Below the pieces are notes generated by a model, which saw nothing but the letters and a program-made list of their open reading frames with translations, was not told the DNA's origin and did no database searches. Made by a program: the position numbers and the translations under genes. This document shows, piece by piece, positions 50,162 through 64,000 of a DNA stretch of 64,000 nucleotides (positions are counted from its first letter, which is position 1; each line of letters starts with the position of its first letter). Source of the DNA: Tubulanus polymorphus (Eukaryota > Animalia > Nemertea); contig NC_134029.1 of assembly GCF_964204645.1 (NCBI RefSeq), positions 11,620,850-11,684,849 on the forward strand. The letters are read 5' to 3'.

Positions 50162-50940
50162 ATGGTCTTCAAGTCATTTTGGAGCCCATAGTTATGGACA
50201 AAGTTTTGGAGTGAGCAGAATTTTTTCTTGAAAAGGTGATTAGTGTCAAGGATTTGCATTTCAGACGTGAATAATTTTATAGGCTAGTACCCTAGTTTGT
50301 CCAGAAACTACACAGAACAGAAAGTCAGTTACTTTCAGAAGATTTTCACCGGAATCATGTGGGAGATTTCCAGAAGATTTATTGCTGGAATATTTCTGGC
50401 CGGGGATCAGATTCTCGGAGGATTTTTTCAGGCAGATATCTGGCCGGGGTGAGGTAGGGTTTAGGGTTAGGGGTTAGAGGTGTAAGGTTTGGGGGGTTAG
50501 GGAAATATTCCAGAATTCTGCCTAACCCCAACCCTCCTCAGATTAGATATCTGCTGGAAATTTCCAGAAAGAAATCTTCGGGAATTTTGCCTACCCCCAC
50601 CCCTCCTCAGATCAGATATCTGACAGAATTTTCCAGAAATTTCCGGGAAATTCTGTAATATGTAATATCTGGACTTGTGGCATTATGCACAACCCTGCCA
50701 AGCTTTTTACCTGTGGAGAACACTCTTAGAAACCCACTTAATACAGATAAGTTTAATTCAGATTTGGATCTACCTATAATCCAGGTGTTATTTAATCCCT
50801 CCAAAACCTGTGATGTAGCTTAAATTTATGGTAACTATGACAAAAATTGTTTTGAAAAAGATATATTTTTACCATAGTATGTGGAAAAACTTGTGACTTG
50901 ACCAGAGTTCATATGATATGGCAGTGTAATATGTTTTCAG

Positions 50941-51044
50941 GCGCATCTGGGATTGAGGACAATTTGCAGGAAGGAGTCCCTGAAACAATTACTAGTTTGA
51001 GAAAGGCTGGCATAAATATCTGGATGCTTACTGGAGATAAACAG
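50941..51044 (+). CDS. P4-ATPase exon (P-domain)
   Basis: [35 protein letters not shown]. Confidence 0.96.
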
Positions 51045-51147
51045 GTCGATACTATTCGATGACAACATTTTCAAGATCTAGTACTTAGGTTATGATCTAA
51101 TTTTGTTAGAGACATATTTATGTTTATGTAGGAAATCTGTCTTGTAG

Positions 51148-51228
51148 GAAACTGCAATAAATATTGGTTATTCATGTAAACTGATCGATCCACAAGATCA
51201 CATTATCAAACTCAATGCTACGAAGAAG
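51148..51228 (+). CDS. P4-ATPase exon
   Basis: ETAINIGYSCKLIDPQDHIIKLNATKK, phase 0/0. Confidence 0.93.
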
Positions 51229-51437
51229 GTACCTATTTAAACTTCATAACCTCATACCATAACGGTCTCAAAATAACTTCATTATCGCTCTGAAATTTCC
51301 AAAGAGGTTGTTTTATGAATATCAGTATATACATGTGCATGTACTTATAACACTGTCAGGTATCTTTTTAGATGAGTTTTGTTCATTGAAATTTAAAAGT
51401 TCATTGATGATAAAAGATCATCCTGATAATTTTACAG

Positions 51438-51674
51438 GATGAAGCAGAAAGATTGATTGAAGAAAAATTAGAGTGGCTTCAGAAAACAAATCGACAAATT
51501 GAGGTTCGCCAAGGCTACCGACGACCAGCAGTCCGTAAAGATATAGTGTTAGTTATCGATGGTATTACGTTAGGATTTGCTTTAGACGAGGAATCAAAAC
51601 TTGATCGCAGGTTTTTGTCAGTTGCTGAACAGTGTTACTCTGTTATATGCTGTCGTGCAACTCCTCTTCAAAAG
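51438..51674 (+). CDS. P4-ATPase exon
   Basis: [12 protein letters not shown]...[12 protein letters not shown]. Confidence 0.95.
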
Positions 51675-52599
51675 GTAAACATCAGGTTGCAGACTCACAG
51701 ACTCGCTGACTATTTACAATGCATCTTGTGGTAACATATAATTTTTGAGTTTGTGTGGTACGGTACAGCTTGGAATAAACATAACAAAATTTGCACATGG
51801 TTTGCGTTGAAGGCATCGCATTCTCGTTTATCGTTCCAATTGAAACACATAGTACACGCGATTTAAACACGTTTTAAAGCCGATACAACGATGTATGGTA
51901 CGCGTTTGATTTCTTTCCAAACCGCCAATCATTTTGCGATCTGATCTGTACCATATGCCTCTAATTTACCGCAGTAAATGTTTGAATCAGGGATGAAAAT
52001 CTTCAATCCAAAGACAGATTTTTCACCTTTCAGTTTCACTTCCATCACTCTTGAAAGCAGTGTAAATCCGGGTCACAAAGTTCTGAAATCGGTAGATCAC
52101 AGCGGCCATAAAAGCGCTGCGAACCGTAAAAGCGTTGATTATCTGTGTTTTCCTGATCTCCATTCAGACAGTACAGATTGAATCAATAATTGTTTCTATT
52201 TGAATTGTAAACATTCTATTGATTGTACGCGTGACACAGGAAAAGCCGATCTCAGACGCAGAACCGGCATATGTATCTGCCGTGAGGCCGGGGCCGGGTT
52301 AAAGACTTGTGGCTGCGCCCGGGACTGTGACTGTGTTTCAGATGCTACCGGCGCAATTCAATTCAATAGTTGATTTTGTGGCTCAACTTCACAGAAATTG
52401 TGTCAATTAATGGTTAATTTTCATAAAATTTTCTAAACACGCGCGTTGCAGGTCATTGCGAGTACTAGTTTCTTTTTCCGACCTTTTGGAATTGCCCGAT
52501 TTCATCTCTGTTGAATTGAATTTTTAATTTTTTATCTTACTTGAGACAATATCAAACTAGACAACTTTTTTGTTTGTACTTTTTTTGCTGTACTTGTAG

Positions 52600-52654
52600 G
52601 CATCGGTGGTGAGTTTAGTGAAAGCTAATTTAAGAATGACAACCCTAGCTATCG
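52600..52654 (+). CDS. P4-ATPase short exon
   Basis: ASVVSLVKANLRMTTLAIG; long pyrimidine tract before the acceptor, donor gtaag. Confidence 0.92.
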
Positions 52655-53171
52655 GTAAGATTTTGATCGAATGAATAGGCTTGGATAGAATTGCAGTGTA
52701 ACCTTGTTCTAACAAGTCACTGGTTTATGCAATTGTTTGATAGATCCATATGACATAAGAAAATTTGTTGTGGTGTCAGATCATCATTTATTCCTTTATC
52801 CATGGAAAGAAAGCCCCCTCCCCGGGTTTGATTTCCATATCAACTGGTTTCAGGGATCTAAATTATAGTGTCTTAAGAAATAAGGCCTACTAAGATATCC
52901 AGATTGACATCATCAACCATAATTGCTTTGAAATATAAATAAAATGCATATCGGCCTAGAGAATATAAATGAAAAACGAGTACACAATTGAAATTTTTGG
53001 CTCGTGTTAGCGAGTCTATTATGTCACCGGTCTGGCCGATCGATAGTCATTCGTATGCTTAATACACTACACTAAAATCTATTTTTAGCACATTCAAACA
53101 CAATTTCATTAGCCTGTAATTTCACTATCAATGGGTGAATTGAGTAGATTTAACCAAACATATATTTCCTA

Positions 53172-53830
53172 ATTTTTATGCCCCCGGCTCAACTTTAGTT
53201 GAGAGGGGGCGTAAAAATACTATGTTAACAGCCTAAAAGTCACAATTGTTGACCGAGTCATTTCAAACTTGGTACACAAGTAGGATATCACATAGGCCAG
53301 AACCCTATTTTAAATTGGGTTGTTTTCAATTCAAATTATGGTCACCAGGGGGCCAACATGAACAATGACGTTAACAGCCTAGAGGCCGCTATTGTTGACC
53401 GAATCATTTCAAACTTGTACACTAGTTGGATATCACTTGGGATCGAAGCCTATCTAAAATTGGGTCGATATGAGAAATTTTGTAATGGCCTAGAGGCCAC
53501 AATTGTTGACCAATTAATTTCAAACTTGGTACACAAGTAGGGTATCACTTGGGCCAAATCCCTATTTAAAATTGGGTCGATTCGATTCAAATTATTACTA
53601 GAGGCTGCAATTGTTGACTGATTCAAATTATGGCCATCATGGGAAAACAGCCTAGAGGCTGCAACTGTTAATTAATTATTTACACTTAGTACACATGTTC
53701 TCTAATATCATTCTTATAGAAATAATTGTGGCCATGATATTTTCTAATGCATTTTCCACAAACCCTGTAACTTCACGTGGCCGTGAATTTCAGGCCAGGG
53801 ACATTCGAGGCTTGCCTCATTCTAGTTTTT
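53172..53830 (+). mobile_element. HINE family D copy
   Basis: tttttatgccccc-ggctcaact-tt-agttgag-agggggc 5' hairpin, tandem aacagcctagaggc units, 3' gaggcttgcctc hairpin and ctagttt. Confidence 0.7.
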
Positions 53831-55980
53831 TTAAGCTTGCACAAAGTTGAAAGCTGTGGGTTTCAGATTCTCTTAGAATATTACCTAAAAAGGCCTAAAG
53901 TTCGTTTTGATTTGAACACATTTTTTTTATGCAGCATCTTTAACTGTCCATAATGAAACATGTGAAATTCAATGCCATTTGCATCACAAGAACTTTCTCT
54001 TGTCAAAATCCGACACTTTGTTCGGTAGTTATTATGGACTTTCGAAGACCATAACTACCCCAAAATCTTGGTAGTATGTAGGCCTAGTTTTTTTTTAACC
54101 AGTTTCACCTCCCTCATGACATCATAGCATTGAATATGTTAATGAGGTTCAGGTGGATCATCCTGAAGGGCTTCCCCAGTGATGTCATGAGAAGAACATA
54201 CATGCAGAGCAGCATTGATCATTTTACCCCCAACCAGATAAACTTCTCAATGAAGCAGATTTGATAATGAAAGTATGTTGCAGGAATGAAGTTGGTGGAA
54301 TGCTAAGCCCCTGTCCAAAGGTCACATTAATTCCATGTGGCCACCAGGGCGTGCTCGATACTTGAAATGTAACTTAAGATCACCTTGTTGACGAAACATA
54401 TTTCATTATGTTCCCTGGTGGGGATTGGGGCACGTGATATTTCAACCCCTATTGATTTGGAGCTTATTGGCCATCAAATATGGCAAATTTGTACAATACA
54501 GCCTAAAATTCTCGATGGATTTCCATGAAATTAAGTTACTGAGTTTTGGCGGGTAACATGTGCATCCCTATCGAAAACTGAGGTCATCGGCCATCAAATA
54601 TGGCTGCCAGGGCAGTCTTCTTGAACTTATCGTTATTATGATCGCTATTATATTATTATCATCATATTTGCGATTTGAATTTGCGATTTGAATTATGATT
54701 ATCTTATTATTATTATGATTATTATTTATGAATTACTACGTTCATGTATCAATTTATCGATACGTTAAATTAGCGTTAAATTAGTGCTACCTCACGTTAA
54801 ATTGGGGTTACCAAGATTTTTGGTTTCGCCACCAGAGGAGTTGAATATTGAATTATATACAATTTTTCTATTTATATCGGTACCTAGGGATATTTTGTAA
54901 TATTCCCTAGGGACATTGAATAACGAAACTTTCAAATTTTTGGGCATTTGAAACCACTTCTCCAAGTGGGCGTGGTATCCTTGGATCACAGTTGTCCCTG
55001 CGCAGCATTGAGCCGAGGGCGGGGACTTGGTATCCACCTCTGTCTATTCTATCTGTCTACGGAATCCTGTTATTTTTGGGAAGTTTTGAAGATGCTTCAA
55101 TGGATTGTCTTGATATTTTGTTTATACATGTATCTACCTCAAACTCATATTTAGCCCAAAAGCGGGTCAAGATCAGATTCAAGATGACTTTTTACACATT
55201 TTTTAAGTTTTCAAGATAGATTTTGAAGATGCTTTAATCACCACTTTCTCTGTAAAATAAATTCTGAATTGAATTGACTGGTTCCCTGCCTCTTCAGGGA
55301 GCCAGGGGCGGTAGTCTATGGTGGCATTAAACTTTATCGGATGTTGGTAGTGGATTGTCATTTGAAGGAAATGCAACTTATTCTTGCTTTATGTCTTTAT
55401 TATTTAAAAAGAAAAAATCGTGGCTCCTATCTATTTTCGTGTTTGCTTCTCTTCACCTGAAGTCACTCAAGTAAGCTTCCTACTGGTTTACCATTTTCCA
55501 TACCAATTTTTGATGGGTATTCTTCGGAAAGGGATCTTTAACAATCAGACAGGTATTGTTGATCAACCAATTATCACGCAATTGGCGGTCTTCTTGGTGT
55601 TATCAGTACTCATTCGTAGGTGGAAAAAAGTTTTGAGCATTTGAAACCACTTTCCAACTGGGCATGGTGTCTCTGAACCCCTAGTTTTCATCTAGTCTAG
55701 CTTTTTCAAGTAAAATAATCAGCATTTCTTTTAAGAGTGATACAATCTGTAGCAATTACCAGTGCAGAGGGGGTATTTTGCAGGATATATGCCCATTCAT
55801 GCATGTTCAGCCCCCATTTCAATAGATGATAACTAACACATAGCATAGAATGACTGATGATAATCTGTTTTAGTAGTAAAATTTGTTTTAGTATTAAAAG
55901 GCATTAACCTAACTGGTGTTGTATGATGAATTCACCATCCGTCATTAAGAGTTATGAAATAAGTTAACCGTACCAGTACC

Positions 55981-57942
55981 CCTTATGAAAATAAAGTGCA
56001 CTTTAAGTGGACTTTAGAAGTGCACTCTAAGTGCACTGAATTGAAACAAAGTGCACTTTCCCCAAAGTGCACTTTCAAAGTGCACTTTGAGCCTATTCTA
56101 AAGTGCACTCAAAAAGTACATTCATACTGCATTAAATTGGAACAAAGTGCTCTTCTTTTAAAGCACAATTTAAGTGCACGTTTAGTGTAATGAACTCAAT
56201 GAGTGTACTTTCTGAGTGCACTTCTCTGCACGGAAAAAATCCTGAAAACCTAAAAAAAAACTTGAATGCCCAGTTTCATTTATGTTGTCTCCATTATTAT
56301 TCAGCCATATTTACAATTTTAATAGTAATACGACTTTTCACATTGTTAGGCTTCTTCCTCTGTGAATGATGCTCTTTAAGCATTTTGGAATAGCGCTCTC
56401 ACATAACCTGAAATGATATAAGTGACAATGGATATATGTTATGGTATGAAATGCTGTCTTAGTCAGTTAATTATTGGGTCTTGAATTTTAATTAAGTCGT
56501 GAGAGTGTGTATCAGAGCCCCAAACCTTTTATGGGCACCATTTTAAAAGGTTTGTAACTTAAACCTTTTAAACCTTAGCCACCTGCATATTCTTACAATA
56601 ACTTTGACTTATTGTCTTAACCTTCAGCTTGTCTTGAGGAAATATATATATATGTGAGGACATATGACTTATTTACTCACTGTCTAAATCAATGGAAAAT
56701 TTGCATTCTATAAGTTATAATGTAAATGTAGAAATAATTGGCATAGGCCTATACTGTGCACTACCTAATCGTTCAGTACACCATAATTATCAGAATTGTG
56801 GTGACTATCGTTAGTCATCATTCGCTACTGGACGCCAATGACGATGACGGGCAGCTAGACCGTACGAGCGCCAGCGCGCCGCCACCTTCGACCGATGACT
56901 TGGTCGTTTTTCGCTACTGGACTCAACGACGACCGTTGCCAGCCTCCAGTATCCTTGTAGTGGTAGTTCCATCTGTAAAATGACAAATGTAAGAAATCAT
57001 CAGTAATAGAATACAAACCAGCCTCTTTCAGAACTGGACAGATTGTGATTAAAAAAAGCTCATGGTGTAATCTAGGGCTACTTATTACTTACATTTAACA
57101 TTATATCCCATTCATCACGAATGAAATTGAAATAAAGTTTTGCATTTGATTTAATTGATTAGAGGGGGTAAATGCCACGGATTGTACCGATTACAGTTCA
57201 CTCAATTAACATAACGTCGACAATAACTCAAATATTTTATACAACACAATAAATAATACTTGCCTTGGATCTTGAATTTAAACACCAGACTGTCCCAACT
57301 AGGAAATTAACCACGAAAATTGATTAAAGACAGCAATGAATTTGCTCAAAATAATTGCATATGGCGCCGTGCTGACTGCATGCTCAATCCCAGTCCTTAG
57401 CTAGCTGTCATGAATGGGTTCAAATCCCGTAAAAACCTGATATTTTTTCAAAGTTATTTTTGAACATTTGAATTTTTGTAAGTCAAGCACGGGATGAACG
57501 CTAATTCGTATAATAACTTTTATCTCATTGATTTAGCCCAATGAAAATAATAAAAATTTTGTGGTCATGAAATATTTCAAAAAAAACATTTTGATCAATA
57601 AATACATTTCTTTGCTAAAATTATATTTTCATATGGAAAATACACAAAAAATAATAAATTTTTATACATGAAAATACATTTGATTTACTTAAGGGATTGG
57701 GTGGTACACTTGTAGAATACTTACCAAGTACACTTATTCGTGAATTGCACTTGCCATATGATAAAGTGCACTTATTCTACAAAAGCAGACTCAATGAGTA
57801 CACTCACCGAGTACACTATTTTGTGAAGTGCACTTTCCCTATGAAAAAGTGCACTTATTTCACAAAAGTACAGTCAATGAGTACACTTTGAGTGTACTTT
57901 ACTCATGGAAGTGCACTTGAAGTGCACTTTATTTTCATAAGG
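55981..57942. mobile_element. Non-autonomous element with CC(C) termini and arrays of AAGTGCACTT subterminal palindromes (animal EnSpm/CMC-like)
   Basis: 23-bp perfect TIR CCTTATGAAAATAAAGTGCACTT; about 240-bp motif arrays at both ends; TSD unclear. Confidence 0.78.
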
Positions 57943-58128
57943 TTTTGGCTGGAAAGTAATGAGAGATAACGTATCAGTACTTGTTTGGCGACCAATGAGT
58001 TAATATCATAGCTTCAAGCCTTCATGGGCCTCATGTTTTATTCGGACTTAGTTTATTTTTTATATACGTTTTATACGTTTTATTTTTAGGACTACATGTA
58101 ATGAGTGTTTACTGTTCTTAACGTATAG

Positions 58129-58331
58129 GTGATGGAGCAAATGATGTGAACATGATTCATACAGCTGATATTGGGGTTGGTATTTCTGGTCCAGAAGGCA
58201 TGCAAGCTGTGATGGCTTCAGATTTCTCGATAGGTCGTTTCCGACACTTAGAAAAATTACTTCTTGTTCATGGACACTGGTGTTATGACCGTTTGGCTCG
58301 CATGTGTCTGTACATGTTCTACAAAAACACA
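58129..58331 (+). CDS. P4-ATPase exon (hinge to TM5); last exon found in the window
   Basis: [33 protein letters not shown]...[13 protein letters not shown]...FYKN; [11 protein letters not shown] and HGHWCY point to the ATP10 (class V) subfamily. Confidence 0.96.
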
Positions 58332-58768
58332 GTAAGTTAAAGGTTATCAAATCAACATTGCATGGTCCTTGAATATAAAATCTTTTAAGCCATTAACCAG
58401 CATGGTATCTAGTGCTTAACCCATCCAGTCACACCTCCCTTAAACATGTATGTTTTTATGTTGATTCTCAAAGTGAATTCGATAATGAAGCACATTCCAA
58501 AAATATTCACTATTTCTCTGGTTAAGCTGCATCTTTTGCGCTAAAGCATTTTTAGCCCACTAGGGACAGTCCAAGCGGGCTATTGCGTTCACTTTCCGTC
58601 CATCATCTGTCCGGCCATCTTGGTGTCATCAGTACTCATTCGAAGGTGGGAAAAAGTTTTTCCACATTATATGGATACCTAAGCATATTGTGTTACTACA
58701 ATCATTTGGAAAGTTGTAGCCCATAGCGTGTTCTATGATTTTGGTGAGTTTCAAGGTCATTGGTTTTT

Positions 58769-59883
58769 GGTTTACTTTTGTCAGCGATATGAAGTTGGCA
58801 TTGAGCCAATTCATGTAAAATTGCGGTACTTTTTTTATGTGAGCATGTTTCATTGGTTCACGGCTTAAAGGATGTATAATCGATGCGATTGAAGATATGG
58901 CGAACCTCCGTCGATGACATGGTCAACATTGTTAAAATTCTACGAAAAACTGTTTTTGCGGGAAAATTCTTAGCTCTCGCGTATAAAATTGCAATGACCT
59001 CGATTGGGGGGCGTTATCTCTACAAGCGAATGTGATTGGCTGTTTTTGGGATATATGGGGAATTCCGGCGCTAATGAAATAATTATGGGAAAGCCATAGA
59101 ATGGCGAACGTTTCATTGGACTAGGTGCTTTATACGTGCGAATTTCAAATGCTCATTGCTGGTGAGAATGTAATTATTATCCGCCATAGGTATTGTTTCA
59201 TTTTAATACCCGGTGATTGATTTGATTGACATTGACGTGTAAGCGAACATTCACTTACACAAGGCCTCCGGGTGCGCGTGGAAATCATTAGATTAGACTG
59301 TTGCACACAAATACTACTATAGTGATACTGTAACGCTGCTTGCTGGCGCGTTTGACATTTCATAAGCAGAAGAGAGCTGTGTTTTCTATTAGATAGAATT
59401 TGTAATAAATTGTAATTTCTTGTGACCTGAAAGTACTAAGCAGCAAACTATAGGTATAGGTCGAGGTCTGAATATTGTAGCGGTAAATTCCAGGATTTAA
59501 AACGATCTCATAGGCCGATTTCTTACTGCACCGGTATTTTAGCTTCCGCGGCCATACATTCAGCCGCCCTCTGATATGTGACATCATATGAATTTTATTT
59601 GAATATTTTTTCATATTATGAAAAATATTTCTTTGAAAATATACGATAGTTTCCATGCCGCGCCTACCTGTACCCTATGAAATTTTGGATGTGGACCGTA
59701 AACAAATGTATATCTTTGGTCTTGTTTGACTGCAAAATAATCCTTTAAGAAAGATAAAATACAATATTTAAACTTGTGGAACTTTGAAGTCACGAATTAA
59801 AAAGATTTTTCAAGCAATGCCCTTACCCCAAACAACCTCTAGCTTTCAAGGTAAACCACGCTTTGCCCATGGGCAATTTATTG
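58769..59883 (+). mobile_element. HINE family C copy 2, inserted in a family A copy
   Basis: Same termini and internal sequence as 17741-18870; family A resumes at tgtatatggccacc. Confidence 0.82.
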
Positions 59884-60179
59884 TATATGGCCACCGGGGG
59901 GCGTTGAATAGTAGAATAACTTAGTATTTCCTTATTACATTTATATAGGTACCTATGCATATTTTGTTACCATGATCAATTGCAAAGTTGTAGTTCATGA
60001 CATGTTATATGATTGTGGTGAGTTTCAAGACATTATCAACAGTTCACTCACTTCAGGAACATATCCAGATAACTATAAGTCTTAGGTTGTTGTTAGGCCT
60101 ATCCTTAAAAACCAGCTTTGGATTCTGAAATTCTCAAAAACTATAGATCTGTCTCAAATCTACACTTTGTATCGAATCA

Positions 60180-62050
60180 CTGAATGAGTTGTAGTTGCAT
60201 GGTTGAATGCTCACTTAAATAGAAATGGACTAAGTGAAATGTGTAAGTCAGCCTACAAAGCAAACTGCAGTACCAAGACTGCATTGCTCACAGTTCAGAA
60301 TTACATTCTCGGAGCCATAGACCAGTGAACGGCAGTTGGCCTGATTATGCTGGACGTCAGTGCTGCTTTAGAAACCATTGATAACAAGACACTACTTGTT
60401 CATCTTCAGCATCGGATTGGTATTACAGTTATAACAGTGCCAAAAGGCTTGGTTCTTGGGCTTTTTTGGTTTACCTTTGTCAGCAGTATGACGTTGGCAT
60501 TGAGCCAATTCATTTAAAATCGCGGTACGTTTTTTTATGTGAGCATTTTCTTCATTGGTTCTCGGGTTAAACAACGCATAATCGATGCGATTGAAGACAT
60601 GACGAACTTCCGTCGATGACATGGTCAACTCTGTTTAAATTTGACGGAAAACTGTTTTTGGCGGGAAAATTCTTAGCTCTTGCGTATAAAATTGCAATGA
60701 CATCGTTTGGGGGGCATCGTCTCTACAAGCGAATGTGATTGGCTGTCTTTGGGATATACGGGAATTCCGGCGCTACTAAAATAATTATGGGGAAGCCATT
60801 TATGGCGAACGTTTCATTGGACTAGGTGTGTGCGAATTTTAAATGCTCATTGCTGGTGAGGATATAATTATTTCACATATCGCCATAGGTATTGTTTCTT
60901 TTTAATACCCTGTGATTGTGTTGATTGAGATTGAAGTGATCCGAACGTTCACTACACAAGGCCTCCACGTGCGCGGGACGGGAGTGCTAAACATTAGACT
61001 GTTGCACACATAAACACACGCTCATACAGACTAGTATATGGTGATGCTGTAACACTGCTGGGCGTGTGCACGTTTGGTATGATAACAGGCTGAATAATCG
61101 TAGCAGAAGATGAGCGCTGTGTTTTCTGTTTGATAGAATTTGTAATAAATTGTAATTTCTTGTGACCTGAAAATACTAAGCAGCAAACTATAGGTATAGG
61201 TCGAGGTCTGAATATTGTAGTGGTAAATTCCAGGATTTAAAACGATCTAATACTACGCCCCAGTGTTTTAGCCATACATTGGAAGAGGTTTCGTTCCATC
61301 CCAAGACTCAATATTCAGCCACCCTCTGACATGTGACATCATATGAATTTTATTTGAATATTTTTTCATATCATGAAGAATATTTTTTTGAAAATATAAA
61401 ATAGTTTCCCTGCTGTGCCTACTCTACCCTACGAATTTTTGGACGTAGACCATAAACAAATGTTTATCTTTTGTCTTATTTGACTACAAAATAATTCTTT
61501 AAGAAAGATAAAATACAATTTAAACTTCTGGAACTTTGAAGTCACGAATTAAAAAGAGTTTTCAAGCAATGACCTTTCTCCAAACAACCTCTAGCTTTCA
61601 AGGTAAACCACACTGCCCCATTTTGCCCATGGGCAATTTATTTTGTACGCTATGAATGTACTACCGATGGGTGATGAAATCAGGCAGCTTAGACTTGATT
61701 TCCATTGTTTCGCAGATGACTTACAGTTGCTTGTCTGGATTAAACCTACGGGAACTAACTTAAGACAAAACAACATGTTGAGATCTGTGTTGCTGTCCTT
61801 GGCTGGATAACAATTTCCTGCAGGTCAATTGGAATTAGGCTGACTTTATGCTTATAGGAATGCCCTATCAACTCTAGAAAATACAAACATTTGATTTATT
61901 AATTGATGGTTCCATTGTTGTACCAAGTGGCTGTGTTAAAAATCTCAGCGTTACCACCTAATCTATACATGGAAAAACACATCAAATAAGTATGCGCTAC
62001 CGCATTCATCATCGGAATATTAGTAGAAATATAGCTGCAAAGCAGCGATA
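60180..62050 (+). mobile_element. Decayed L2/CR1-group LINE RT fragment, split by family C copy 3
   Basis: SAYKANCSTKTALLTVQNYIL, LIMLDVSAA, VPKGLVLG before the insert; LYAMNVLPMGDEIR..FHCFADDLQL and VKNL after it. Confidence 0.75.
60468..61642 (+). mobile_element. HINE family C copy 3, inserted in an L2-like LINE
   Basis: ggtttacctttg...aaggtaaaccacac...ttgcccatgggcaattt. Confidence 0.82.
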
Positions 62051-64000
62051 ACAGGTTTCTGCCTTTCTGCCTAGCTGCCTTGCTGGGTTTAATGTCGTAC
62101 TAGGAAGCTTGCAAAAAATTTCACTGAAATCAGTTCATAAAGTACCGCGGTTTTGAAGGAGTGCCACCTAGGGCCTAGACCATCAGTCCATAACATGACT
62201 ATTTCCATGAAGCGAAATCTGGGTCAACAATATGCTGAATATGTGGTGGATCCTAAAGGGCTACCACGTATAAAGTACTGATGTACCAAGTCTAGTCAAA
62301 ATGACTTAACCGAATATACAGTGCTTTCAATGTCCCCTGGTTGCAGTTGCATGAACTTGGTAAAGTCTCACATCAAGGCAGGTGGTGGCCAGAAAAAGAA
62401 ATATTTCTGGGAAAAATTAAGACGCAAGGCAAACACTTATTGTTCACTTTTTTTCCTATCCTCATTTTGAAATTGAAGTATTGTAAAAAAACAATTTATT
62501 TATTTTTGGTGATCAATTGATTTTGTTGTTTTCTTTTTTAATTTACATTTGATTTGGAAGGTCAGCTTGCTTAGGAGTCAGTTTGTCAAAGCATAGCGAA
62601 GAAATACAGTCCAACTTGTTTATGTCTCAGTTGCAGCAGGGTTATTATATTGCTGACTGATCCAAATTACACTTACACAGCCCAATGTTTTTCAGTGTGT
62701 AAACTCCATCGTACTCGGCATTTTGAATTTTAGCCCCCTGAGCCCTCGGCTTGATTCTATCGAAAGACCTTAACTGACTTTACAGAATTTAGAGTGTAGG
62801 ATTTTCTAAATTTCTGAATGCTTTCTCTGGTTTTAAGATCAATTCAAATTCAATCTTGAATGCGTAAAAATAAGTCAAATAAATTTTGCTTTTATTGAAA
62901 GAAAATCTGCTGAAAACACAGATTTTGAAATGAATGATGTGTCGATTAATTACAGACGAAATAATTACAGCAAAATCAACTGACGATCAACAAGGTGAAG
63001 TTTTCATTTATCTTTGGATAACTTGTCAATCCTTGATGATACAAGCATTTTGGCTACACCTTTTGAAACCTCAATGCTTCATCTACCCGCGCCAATTAGT
63101 CAGCCACAATCAATTTTCATGCCATCTGACCTCTTTCCGCCTGTAATTAAGCAATCAAATGTAAGAATTACTCAGTTATGGAATATAATAGAGGAGTGAA
63201 AGAAAGTATAATAGATATCTTAGGAGACCAATTTATATCGTGTGTTTGTCGTGAAAAATCTATTACTACTGTCTCGCAGAGCATAGAAACTGACCGTAAA
63301 GCCATGTGGAATTGGTATTTCAAGGGCTATTCGGTTTACTCCAAAACAAGTGTCTGATAAACTTTAAAAAGCTTCATATCAAGGGTATGTCGTAGGACTC
63401 TTGATGCCCATGAATTATCATCCCATAATAACGATGAATCCAATTCTGCATGTACGTTAGCACGACTGATTACTTATCCAAATATTTTAAACATGGCATT
63501 AGAAAAAAAACAATTACACAAAACGTCAAGTACTTACAGCATCTGACACAGTTGCGCATAAGTTACGGCTTTGATTGCCAATGAAAAAAAAGCTTGATTT
63601 GAAATGTACACCCGCACACTGTGGTTTAAATATAATCCCACCAGCTGCAAGAATCCGCAAAGGAATTGAAGACCAGAGTGACCAGTTCATTCAACAATTA
63701 ATAGCTGAAAAAAAGTAATCGAAATAAATAGTCATATACATGAGTGTAAACCAGCTCCTTACTAACTACTTAGGTTTTCCACTCGCTCTACACACTATAT
63801 TAAGGGCCTAAATCTATTCTAGCCGTATCCCCCAAAACAGCTAGGCATTAAGTATGTAGCCAACAATGACCATTGCTTCGCCGAGTACTCATTTGCTACC
63901 ATATGTACTCATATCATAGCACCACCCAGTGGAAAGGTGACCTTAACTGCAGTTAGACCAAGAAATCAAGTCTAACATTTCCTGGTTAATGGATTCTCAC

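Noticed and set aside
50450-50540. ggttagggttagggg repeats resembling telomeric TTAGGG
   Set aside because: Only a few degenerate units, with an inverted counterpart inside a small repeat element; not a telomere or a convincing interstitial array.
57385-57435. B-box-like GGTTCAAATCCCG suggesting a tRNA gene
   Set aside because: I could not build a cloverleaf or an acceptor stem.
62934-63199. Short ORFs as candidate next flippase exon
   Set aside because: No hydrophobic TM5-TM6 sequence and no FxxGFSG motif, which the exon after FYKN should encode.

Overview
Eukaryotic, AT-rich, repeat-dense animal genomic DNA, probably from a marine invertebrate (inferred from the repeat types). The window lies inside one large + strand gene for a P4-type ATPase (phospholipid flippase, ATP10/class V-like). 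I traced 14 GT-AG exons from 8076 to 58331 that join in frame. The gene start and end lie outside the window. The introns are packed with mobile DNA: a DIRS1-type tyrosine-recombinase retrotransposon, fragmented RTE and L2/CR1 LINEs, many Helentron-like non-autonomous repeats (HINE-type), several MITEs, and Penelope-like inverted repeats with hammerhead-like cores. The 17.4 kb intron at 31018-48383 holds a four-level nest of DNA transposons. A hAT-like element with a 6-bp TSD (32154-47970) contains an ISL2EU element (THAP-DDE transposase convergent with a SAP/YqaJ exonuclease gene, 32347-45440). That element contains a CACTA-ended transposon (35799-43451), which in turn contains a hAT MITE with an 8-bp TSD (37533-39327). 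The most interesting object is the CACTA-ended element. Once reassembled, its intron-containing gene encodes a divergent RAG1/Transib-like DDE transposase (WHD...GDG..E.G..GGHY.C.C...LHD...YFHSITAH...AENEE) with a SAP-like module inside the catalytic core and no recognisable RAG2-like partner. All family assignments come from motif recognition by eye, not from database searches.
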